Positions 24,601-33,968 of a stretch of 64,000 bases of DNA are shown here, piece after piece. Below the pieces are notes generated by a model that saw nothing but the letters and a program-made list of their open reading frames with translations, made no database searches and was not told where the DNA came from. Made by a program: the position numbers and the translations under genes. Position 1 is the stretch's first letter, and every line of letters starts with the position of its first letter. The DNA is from Mytilus edulis (Eukaryota): positions 9,362,001 to 9,426,000 of the forward strand of contig NC_092351.1 of NCBI RefSeq assembly GCF_963676685.1, in the 5' to 3' direction.

Positions 24601-26959
24601 AATGCGCTGGGATGCAAACTCAGATACACTCAGCTTTGCCGAAACAAAACAATTAAAGATGGACACACAGTTGACAAAACGTGAACTTTTGAGACAGTCT
24701 TCTGCTATATATGACCCGTTAGGACTACTCGGACCGATAACCATTAGAGCAAAAACACTCATTCAAGACCTTTGGAAAAAAGGTTATGCATGGGACGAGA
24801 AACTACCAAAAGAAATTGAAAACGAATGGACCGATGTGAAGAATGACATCTTACAGATAACTACGAAACTTCAAATACAGAGATACTATTTTTCAAACGA
24901 GGACGAAGAAACTACCGAGTCTACTCTACACATTTTTGTTGATGCAAGTCAGAAAGCATACGGAGCTTCCGTTTACTTGAGTAAAGGCACAGGGTCGACA
25001 CTTGTTATCGCGAAGAACCGTGTAGCACCGTTAAAATTAATAACTCTACCAAAATTAGAATTAATGGCTGCAGTGATTGGAGCACGACTCTCAAAAGATG
25101 TAATCAAAAACTTAGGAATCAAAAGAGCAGTATTTTGGAGCGATAGCCAAATAGTTCTACATTGGCTCACCTCATCGAAATCGTCAAACAAGTTTGTAAA
25201 AAATCGTGTTAGTGAAATTAAAGAACTAACTGAAACTCATGAATGGAAATATGTACCCACAGAAATGAACCCAGCTGACTTACAAACACGTGGATTGACT
25301 GCATCGCAATTTGAAGATTCGACATTATGGATGAATGGACCCCAGTGGTTAACGGACGAGTGTAAATGGCCTACGTGGACAGGACATGTGGAAATAAGCA
25401 CTCAGCTATCTAATATCACCGGACCAAAGACACACAGAAGTGACGATAAAGTACCAAGTGATCCGCAGCGAATATCACAAATCATAGACATGAACAGGTA
25501 TTTTGATCTAAATAGACTTTTAACTGTAACTGGATACGTCTTGAAATTCGTTAAGAACTGCCAGAAAAAACGTCCATATCGACTACGGAGTTCACAAGGT
25601 GACAGGAACCTAAGAACAAGTCTAACAGAAGAGGAAATTTCATTAGCTATGAATTTATGGATCAAAGATACACAGCAAGACAGGTTCGTGAAAGAGCTAG
25701 AACATATTTCGTTAAACCCGAAAGTTAAATCACTACCGCTTGTACAACAGTTACGTTTATATTTGGATGAAAATGGAATCATACGATGTAAAGGCAGAAT
25801 ACAAAATTCATCTATAGAAGAAAACGCGAAGTTTCCTATTTTACTACCAAAGAACCACAAAGTTACAGATTTTGTCATTATGGACGCACATCTAAGAAAT
25901 CTACATACAGGAGTCGGTCAGACAATAACACATATAAGGCAATCTTACTGGATACCAGCAATTCGACAATGTGTGAACAGTGTCTTACGTAAATGCATAC
26001 AGTGCCAAAAAATAATTGGTAAACCGTATAACAGCCCGGAACCACCACCACTACCAAAGGATCGAGTAAAAGACACCATACCATTTTGCACAACTGGGAT
26101 AGATTTTGCCGGACCTCTACACATCAAGGATACATCAACACAACCGCGAAAGGTATATATATGTTTATTCACATGTGCATGTATACGAGCTATACATTTG
26201 GAACTTGTACCTGATTTGTCATTGAACACTTTTATCCTAGCATTTAGACGTTTTATCAGTCGAAAAGGAATACCGCAAACTATTTATTCTGATAACGCAC
26301 CTACATTTGTAGCCGCATCAAATGCACTTCAAAGTCAGCTGAATTTACATATCAACTGGAAATTCATTCCGAAAGGAGCGCCGTGGTATGGCGGATGGTG
26401 GGAACGTCTAATTGGCTTAACGAAAATGACATTAAAGAAAGTATTTGGTAAAGCACTCGTCAGCGAACAATCTTTGACAACAATACTCACTGAGATTGAA
26501 ACTATTATAAACAATCGCCCACTTACATATATATCTTCAGATATAAGAGATCCCGAACCCTTGACGCCATCTCATCTTTTACACGGGAGGATTATTACGA
26601 CCACAGAGATGCACAACGACAAACACAACGCAAATATTCAAGAACTTGATACGATCACAGCAAACAAACTATTTGAGAGAAAAGGACTCTTATTAGATCA
26701 TTTCGCAAAACGCTGGTCTAATGAATATCTTACCGGATTACGTGAATATCATCGAGCCTCTGGAAAACATACTGGACAAGTTAACATCGGTGATGTAGTT
26801 CAACTAGGAAGTGAATCGCCACGACTTTTATGGAGATTAGGAACAATAGAAGACGTCATCAAAGGAGGAGATGGACTTATTCGAGCAGCAAAAGTACGGA
26901 CTTCTAGAGGACTAGTTACCACGCGACCAATTGTGAAGTTATATCCATTAGAACTATAG
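21665..26959 (+). CDS. BEL/Pao gag-pol polyprotein, 1764 aa
   Basis: Gag KLPKLNLPTFGGNLLEWSAFWDSY; three Cys/His knuckles (CLFC..H...C, CFNC..H...C, CRNC..H...C); protease LLDEGAQNSF; RT DIEKAF, LFGATCSPF, YVDN; RNase H FVDASQKAYG; integrase HHCC plus GIDFAGP, SDNAPTF, WWERLIG. Confidence 0.97.
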   Translation: MSSKLKTVRAAHRRAVIKLLKKADPTEEPQQDVVNLKSMMELIKTKKQTLSDLNEKILESIEEEEDLDEEIEEVDRYELEIQIGITKIEKFIKEVSVSQSKNQSALNPNASDFICNNPSVQEHSNQIIFNSEQTSLSQSSMPTSTVSSHYNKLPKLNLPTFGGNLLEWSAFWDSYNNSVHENPSLSDVQRFNYLKSQLYGEASQCISGMQMTNTNYNQAIQILHERFGQQHKIVNAYMQNLLNLPAPTPGIRGLKSFSDTIESNIRELEGMGRYQESYGSLLIPLILNKLPCFVRQNITRDHGNDDCDISSLRKAIKKEICIQEAANANPIETDIIPTASFVTETTNKRWKSTGSKDSNNNSSVKTKRPCLFCQSPHHPNECTKITDINARTQIVKEKRVCFNCFGNHKVSECKSKYSCRNCSKKHHSSICRNNLLNENSTSNENKAVTKPVNEELQSTTETKSAAMHSAVTAHTEILLKTAVAPVWYHDESVMTNILLDEGAQNSFISQELVEKLHIKPTGIVSMQISAFGGKEGDVRNLEKATLSIETERKERIPMEVIIVPKIAAPIHMKKRVNINSLPYLRGLQLAHPVTQDEKFSISLLVGADYYWSLVQDEIIRGDGPTAVKSKIGYLLSGPLNTDINTQQWNSTMMNVLVAHKPEECDLQKFWEIESSGLEADSDENTKNVQNLMLEYQNSSITFKENKYVAKLPWKQDHPELPTNEYIARRRTQNVIDRLAKDPDMLNLYDKIIKEQEMKDFIEKVPITEIDREHGRIHYIPHHPVKKDSNTTPIRIVYDCSCHGNPDLPSLNDCLSSAPPILNKLTSILTRFRLGKYGITTDIEKAFLQVRLDNDDRDATRFFWLSDSTDPTSELIMYRFKVVLFGATCSPFILNATLLKHLSTSQSKVATILQEDLYVDNVLSSINSEEATIKYFNESRELLKQGGFNLRSWMSNSDKLRDLALSEKVLDADKVTKILGMRWDANSDTLSFAETKQLKMDTQLTKRELLRQSSAIYDPLGLLGPITIRAKTLIQDLWKKGYAWDEKLPKEIENEWTDVKNDILQITTKLQIQRYYFSNEDEETTESTLHIFVDASQKAYGASVYLSKGTGSTLVIAKNRVAPLKLITLPKLELMAAVIGARLSKDVIKNLGIKRAVFWSDSQIVLHWLTSSKSSNKFVKNRVSEIKELTETHEWKYVPTEMNPADLQTRGLTASQFEDSTLWMNGPQWLTDECKWPTWTGHVEISTQLSNITGPKTHRSDDKVPSDPQRISQIIDMNRYFDLNRLLTVTGYVLKFVKNCQKKRPYRLRSSQGDRNLRTSLTEEEISLAMNLWIKDTQQDRFVKELEHISLNPKVKSLPLVQQLRLYLDENGIIRCKGRIQNSSIEENAKFPILLPKNHKVTDFVIMDAHLRNLHTGVGQTITHIRQSYWIPAIRQCVNSVLRKCIQCQKIIGKPYNSPEPPPLPKDRVKDTIPFCTTGIDFAGPLHIKDTSTQPRKVYICLFTCACIRAIHLELVPDLSLNTFILAFRRFISRKGIPQTIYSDNAPTFVAASNALQSQLNLHINWKFIPKGAPWYGGWWERLIGLTKMTLKKVFGKALVSEQSLTTILTEIETIINNRPLTYISSDIRDPEPLTPSHLLHGRIITTTEMHNDKHNANIQELDTITANKLFERKGLLLDHFAKRWSNEYLTGLREYHRASGKHTGQVNIGDVVQLGSESPRLLWRLGTIEDVIKGGDGLIRAAKVRTSRGLVTTRPIVKLYPLEL

Positions 26960-27109
26960 TAACTGTTCTAGGATTTTTGTGAAGGACAGTTAACGTAAAG
27001 TGAAATTACAAAAAAAACTTTCAATGTGATCCATTTATAGAACTTTAAAGTTTTGATTATTTATCATTTAAAATAATTTTATTTCTTATGCATTTTGAGG
27101 CCCCCAGAA

Positions 27110-27303
27110 TGTCGTGAATATAGGCCAAGAGACTTTAGATCGTTTTCTTATGTAATTGTTTCCCGTACTTTCGCGTACACTATTGTTAATGTAACGTAAC
27201 GTTATTGTTACGTATATATATATATCATCTTACGATCATAAAGCATCTGAACTAGCAAGACGTTATTTTTCTTCCACTACAAAAGTGAATAACCCTCAAG
27301 ATA
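27110..27303 (+). repeat. 3' LTR (TG...TA)
   Basis: Identical to the 5' LTR; preceded by gaggcccccagaa rather than a pure purine tract. Confidence 0.95.
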
Positions 27304-30300
27304 ATCATCATTAAAACCAAACGTATAATCAAAAGTTTCGTCGCATTCTCTGCCAAAAATATATTTAAAGGTATACAACTGAAATCTTCCCCCAACCCCT
27401 TCCCCTCCCTTAACAGTCTCTTTTATAAACATATGTTAATCGTGACATGTAATTTTTGGCTCTCATTGTTTGAAATTTTTTGAAACTCAAAAGTTATACT
27501 TAATAGTCTACTTTTTATGGGAGGATGTAAACAATTGTTATATCATATTTGAAAAGTTTCATGCAAAGAATATCAAATATTATAACATTTATCTTTTTAG
27601 TATATTTATTGCATTCCGTTTAATAAATTTATATCTATATCTGTGATAAAAGCAATTTATCATGTTTATATCTTGTAATAAATGTTTAAGCATTGATCAT
27701 ATTGCTTTTATTGACATTTGAAACGTTAATGAAACAAAGTACATATCGAACCAACTGTGATCGGTGTTTTGAAACAAGAACCACATGCATGTCTGACCTT
27801 TCTGTTGTGAATCACTGTTGCTGTAGCTCATGTTCTTGGTTCTTCCTGTTACTTTTGTTAAAGTGCAGCTGCCAACATTAGAGTGCAGGATGCATGGTTT
27901 GATATAAAAAAAAATTCAAAGTATGTTTAAAATGCTTTAGTAATTCTATTCAAATCTTTTTACATACTTTAAAAAGAATTGTCAACTGTTTTAAAATGTG
28001 TAAGTGTAAGCAGCCTGAACACAAATATGCTATAGATAAAAACTTCATATTCATTAGACTCATTCTCGTTCAATACATGTACATACACATTATAAGTAGC
28101 ATACGTGCTAAACTCAGTCAGAAATGCTGATAAATTATGGAAAGATAACTAACCTTCTACTATGTCACTTGACAAAAAAGTGTATGATTATACGAGAAAG
28201 AAAAATCAGATTGATAGTTTCTTGCTTATTGTCCGTTGGCAAATATTTCATGGAATGTCATGAAGATGATAAATTGACATAATGATCGGTGCTTTCAATA
28301 AAGTTATATATGATATTTGTACATCAATCATTATTGATTAGGGACACAAAGCCCTCTCGGTAATCCATAAAATTGAGAAACAAAATGGGAAATGTGTCAA
28401 AGTGAAAACAACACGACCATAGAGCAGACAATAGACGAAGGCCACAATGGGTCTTCAATGTAGCGAGAAATGTCCGCACCCGTAGGCGTCCTTCAGCTGG
28501 CCCCTTAAAAATATGTATAATAGTACAGTGAAAATGGACGTCATTCTTAACTCCGAATTCTACACAAGAAACTAAAATTAAAAATCCTGACTTGGGACAG
28601 GCGCAAAAGTTTGCGGCGGGGTTAAACATGTTTATGAGATCTCATACCTCCTCCTATACCTCTTGACAATGTAGAGAGGTAAATGCATAACAATACGCAC
28701 ATTAAAATTCAGTTCAAGAGAAGTCCGAGTCCGATGTTAGAAGATGTAACAAGAGAAAATAAATAAAATGACAATAATACATAAATAACAACAGACTACT
28801 AGCAGTTAACTGACATGTCAGCTCCAGACCTCAATTAAACTGATTGACAGATTATGTCTTTTATGTCTTCATCATATGAATATTAGGCACAATCCCTCCC
28901 GTTAGGGGTTAAGTATCATACTTTCATAAAATGTATGAGAAGAACATAACCCGTGTCATGCCAACAACTGTTTTTTAAATAAATGTGTTTAGTTCCGATT
29001 CAATATGTATCTTGCTCTCCAAACCAACCCCGCTCACATATATAAGTTTTATCACCTATATTTAGGTTCGTCTCATAAAACCAGCAGAATGTTGCCCATA
29101 ATATTTTCACTATTCCAGTCCCTTATCGTAGCCGGACCAACAGGACATAAGGTGGCATGTCGGAAACAATTGTATGATATTAAAGCATGGTCTAGGTAAT
29201 AAAAGCAGGGAATGGATTAACATAATGACCAGTCCAAGACATGTTTCATTTATCATAACCAAACTATCGCCTTTGCTGATCTAAAATGAGTAGAAGTGGA
29301 AGTGTCAGTTTAGACGAATTTGCTTTGGACAGTGATATGTTTTTATTTTAACCATATACAGAAGTAAGTAAAAATGTGCTTTAATTAGTATTAACAAACC
29401 TATTAGTTACACTACTATTAGGGAGTGCGTTATTAAGAGATTAAAACTAGTTGCACTTGAATTGAATCGTGTGTTGCATTAGCTTAGGTATGATGGTGCC
29501 ACTATGGTTGCAAATTCAGGTGTTAACGAAAAGTGCTTGAAGCGCCACGGTAGAGGGAAGAGTTATACAAGCAAAGACGGCTATATATCCGACTACGTAG
29601 AAAGTAGGTTAGCCGTATCAAAGACTTTTTGCTTGTAGTTTACTTAGTTTTCATATCTTTCAATCTTTGTTGCTCTATGCAGTATTCGAGCTAGTCAACA
29701 ACAAAAGTTTGTGTGTGTTTTTCTTTAAAATAGTTGAGTTTAAATGTATTAATTGGAAAGAAGACTAAACAATTCCTCGGGCACATAAGTATAACGGGTA
29801 TTGATTGTCTTCTTGCGCATGTGTACATGTAATACATGTAAGTGTAGGCGTATAAATTCTTGGTTGTAAAGCGGCGGAGTCGCATAGTAATTTCTAGTCT
29901 GTACAGCGTACTGTGAACATCGTATTTTTTAATGGATTTTAGGGAAAAAGATTTACATACTTTTGTATTTTGATAGATATGTTGATTTAAATCTAGGTGG
30001 ATTGGCTATACAAACGTAATCGTATTTCGACTTTTGTACCAAATAAGTTATAGCCGGTGAGTTCTTATAACTCGATTTCTTTCCTATTTCAATATTTACA
30101 AACAAAATTATGTTTCTTTTCATCAGTGTGGTACATAGTGTGGTCCAACACGTCGAGTTTCGTTGACAATGACAAAAGGAGAAAGGTTTCCCAAATGTTT
30201 TTTTTTTCTTTTCTGATCGGCAACGACGCATTCAGTTATTCAGTTATTCTTACACAAAAGGTTAACATGAGTTTATTTTTATTAAACAATGGTGTTATTG

Positions 30301-31260
30301 TATTCACATTGTATAATATATGAAATGTTAATATTGATCATTTGTCTTATTAAATCAGCAGCTTACAATAAATATGCAGTACTCGAGCTAGTCAACAACA
30401 TAACTTATGTTGTGGTTTTCTTTAAATAATTGAGTTGAAATATATTAAGTGGAAAGAAGACTTAAATAGAAGTTTGCTATAATCCCATTTGAATTACCAC
30501 CGAAGTATAACATCATGTGATTAAATGCCCACGAAAAACAAGGAAGTGACTTTACATTTTGCATTTTGTGAATTGATTGTGGTAAGTAAATTATTTATTT
30601 ATTCTATTTATTCAATTGTCTATTTTATTATTTATTCAGATAAGCGTTATTCATTTATCTATACATTTATTTTATTCAATTCTTTACAAGTATTAACGTT
30701 TATATAATTATACAAACTAATGTTGATTTGAATTCAGGCGGAAACCAGAAACAAATAAAATGACAATTTTTTGCTCATTCAAAATCCTGAGTTTTGATTG
30801 GTTGATAGCCAGTGTATTTTTCACCAATTTACTGTTATCAAATGAATACCGTTCATTTTTTAACGCCGCCGCAGTATATGCAAGAAGGATATGCCTTTAT
30901 TTACCCTCTCTGCTGTGGTTTTTGCCAAAAAATACTCTATCTGACTGGACGCTTGTAATGACACGATCAACAATGCGTTTTTGAACGTTAACATTCGGTG
31001 TAATTAAGCAGATATAAATGTATCATGTTAAGGAGGGGTATTTGTGAAAAATACCAGTTGAGAGAATGTTAAATTGCGCGAGCTGTAAGGTATGAAATTC
31101 TTTTTAAATAAGAGTTGTCATAATAGTTTTATTGTAATGGGAATCAGTAAAAGTACTAGTATACTATCCTTTAAAGAGTCAACACTGGATGACAAATGAA
31201 TAGGAAAAGCGAACTTGGTTATTGTTTATGACTTATTATTTACTACAATTGATGTCACGT

Positions 31261-31279
31261 CTTTTGTTTTCTTCAGCAG
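31261..31279 (+). promoter_or_regulatory. Probable 3' splice acceptor of a 5'-UTR intron
   Basis: Pyrimidine tract cttttgttttctt followed by tandem CAGCAG, about 50 nt upstream of the ATG at 31326. Confidence 0.45.
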
Positions 31280-31325
31280 AATGTATGAGTTCAAGTTTCC
31301 AATAAAATCTGTGTAAAAAATCACA

Positions 31326-33968
31326 ATGGAACAAGCAATAAGAGTAAATGATCTACAGTCATTGGATAATAATCTTGCAAGTGGAGGAGATGTGAACGTA
31401 AACAATGAAAATGATAACACTCTACTTCATATCGCCATCTCAGTCTCTGCTAATATTAGTATCATTCAAACTCTTCCTGAAAATAATGCTGATCCAAAAC
31501 TGTCAAATAACAATGGAGAGTGACCTCTGCAATGCATACGACAAGATGATATTCAAATGATAGAAAATATTTTAAAATCGTTCGATCTTAGAGATGAAGA
31601 GGGGAATACCTGTTTGCTCACAATACTGAAATTTAAAAGAAGATATGTCATAGACATTCGGCAATTTTGGACAATGATAATAAAAAAAACATCAAATCTC
31701 TGAACATTGATTTCAACATCAGAAATAAAAATGGCGACACATGCTTAATAGAAGCTGCACGTGCTGTATTTATGCCGGGTGTTAGTCTACATATCGAATT
31801 TATCTTGATCAAGTTAGAAAATGTAAATATTCTTATTAAAAATCGAGACGGTGATACATTTTTGGATTCATTTTGCCGTTTGGTAGCTACAGAGGTTGAA
31901 TCTGAGCTAATACAGAAAATATTTCTATGACAATTGTTAAACTTCCCAAAAGCTTTATTAAAACTACTTCTGTCACGTAAAAACAACACCGGTGATACCC
32001 TTTCCTTCAATTTACACAGAACACAAATGCGATCATTAATCTCATTTTTGCTCAAATTATTTATTGATGCGGGTACAGACATTAATGGTAAAAATATAAG
32101 AGGTGAAAGTGCTATTCATAGAATGGTTATTCGAAGTGAAGGAGAATTTTGTTGCGAAGACGAGGACTGCATTCCAAACATAATGTATTTAGTGCGTGAA
32201 GGAGCTGATGTTAATGCACAAGACATTACTTCGTCGTCACCAGTAATGCTTGCTAACGAGTCAAGAACTATAAAGGCTCTATTAAACGTAAATAGGAGTT
32301 TGAACATGCCAAATAAATTTGGCCAGACTCCTTTAATTCTTAAGTTGACCAGCAACGAAATAAATACCTCAGTAATACAAATGCTACTTGAATATGGTAC
32401 TAATGTTAATGCGTTAGATGACTACAACAGCAATGCTTTACATTACCTTGCATGGGAAACAGCTGGAACAGAAACACTAACTATTTTGAAACAATTCGTG
32501 GCTCTAATCGTTCCTGACAAGTTAGGTCAATTACCATGCCAGGTTGCTTATTTTAACCGTTACAAGGAAGCATTTGATAACTTGTGTTTGTGCAAAACTA
32601 ACGTTCACGGTGATGTTAGGGCTAACTTTTGTGTTAAAAGTGAGACAAGACTAATACAAACTTTCACGGACTTGCAGTTTGAAGATTTAATAGAATGTTT
32701 TAGCGAATTTCATGGTAAAATGAGATCTACACTTCTCAATTTACCAGACCTTGGTCATGTGTTATTTCAAGAGGAAGCACACATGATTTGTGCTTTTGTC
32801 AATGACCTTGTTAGCAATCTTTGCAGACAAATTGCAGAAAGAGATAAACTTTTAGCGAATACTGTTGTCGAATCAGACAGCGTTGGTGAAGAAACAAACG
32901 TTGGGAGACCAGATGAAATTTTTTTTGTATGGATTTTTCAAGAATTTAGTAGACTTTGCGAAGTAGATGAAACTCTCTCCTCTGAAAATCCTGGATTTGC
33001 ATATTTGAAATTAAAGTCAGAATTTTTTAATGGTATCGATCAAGATTATTTTAATGCCGATGGGTATTTCCAGACGCATAAATGTCAAACATTACTAACA
33101 GAACTATTGCAAACAGGTAATTTTTTCAGTCATCCAAATGTAGCAAAGAACTACAAACTTTACAATTATGAGACCTACATGTCATTTCTCATTTTATTGG
33201 TCAGGACCATTTTTCAAAAATATGAACATAAACGTTGATTTGGTTCTAGCTTGTCAAATAGAAGGGTGGTGGCCACAAGCAACGAAACTGGAAAATCTAC
33301 CCAGTCTACTTCAACGTAATGCTCTACAAGAGGGGTGTATACTTATACTTCAAACCGAAATGAATGAAAATAAACACCAACTTCGAGTTTCTGCTTTGAA
33401 TGCCGAGACAGCCTTGGTGAAATGGTTACCTCAAGTAGCTCGAGATGCATATGCTGTTTGTAAAATACTCTGTGATGAAAGAATATGTCCAAGTGTATGC
33501 GAGGAAGGAGAAGAAGATGACTGTCATGACTGTAAAGAATATGTTACCAGCTATCAACTGAAGACGTGCATGTTTGAGGTCTTTAACAATTTTTATAATG
33601 AAAATATATCTCATGGAGAGGCAAATTCTGAGGCTAACCTTCAGGACTTCATAGTTCAAATTCTCAAAACATATAAGAAGTATTTAACACTAGAAAACTT
33701 ACCGTCGCATTTATTTCCCTGGCAAAATGTGTTTACATTTTTAACATCGTGTCATTATAACGACGAACATCTGCGGGTTTTATGTTCGATGAGGAAATTG
33801 TTCACGACAATAATACTGGTGCTTTTAGGGGAACCACAAGACTTCAACGATGTTGATGTTGAAAGTATAAAGAACCATTGGAATGAATCAGAAGATGACA
33901 ACATGATATCGGCAACAGAATATTGGGATAAATCAGAAGAAATGATAAGGGAATTAAAGGAGACGTAA
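31326..33968 (+). pseudogene. Ankyrin-repeat + cGLR/Mab-21 pseudogene (about 880 codons when repaired)
   Basis: Ankyrin motifs GGDVNVNNENDNTLLHIA, DFNIRNKNGDTCLIEAA, GTDINGKNIRGESAIH, GADVNAQD, NKFGQTPL, GTNVNALDDYNSNALHYLA, followed by the paralog of 1-1542. Lesions: TGA at 31521, 1-nt loss in the A8 run at ~31682, TGA at 31928, 12-nt in-frame deletion at ~33079, 14-nt frameshifting deletion at ~33143, and SGS...DEFD changed to SDS...DEIF. Confidence 0.9.

Larger units (their letters stand above)
21441..27303 (+). mobile_element. Full-length BEL/Pao LTR retrotransposon
   Basis: Identical 194-bp LTRs, ATCAT target-site duplication (21436-21440 and 27304-27308), PBS, and a single intact gag-pol ORF. 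Empty site in copy 2 at ~50070. Confidence 0.97.
1..27930 (+). repeat. Copy 1 of a large tandem segmental duplication
   Basis: Colinear with 32453-51090. Anchors: 1/32453, 1540/33966, 5820/35864, 10624/39119, 16195/42715, 19730/47208, 27309/50076, 27771/50917. Confidence 0.95.

Noticed and set aside
22486-26229. Minus-strand ORFs inside the BEL element, and plus-strand ORFs inside the LINE
   Set aside because: Antisense shadows of long coding frames with no independent motifs.
30070-31215. IRF-like (gaaaagcgaact at 31204) and NF-kB-like (gaaaggtttccc at 30181) motifs upstream of the cGLR
   Set aside because: Imperfect short matches are expected by chance in AT-rich DNA, and the transcription start is unknown.
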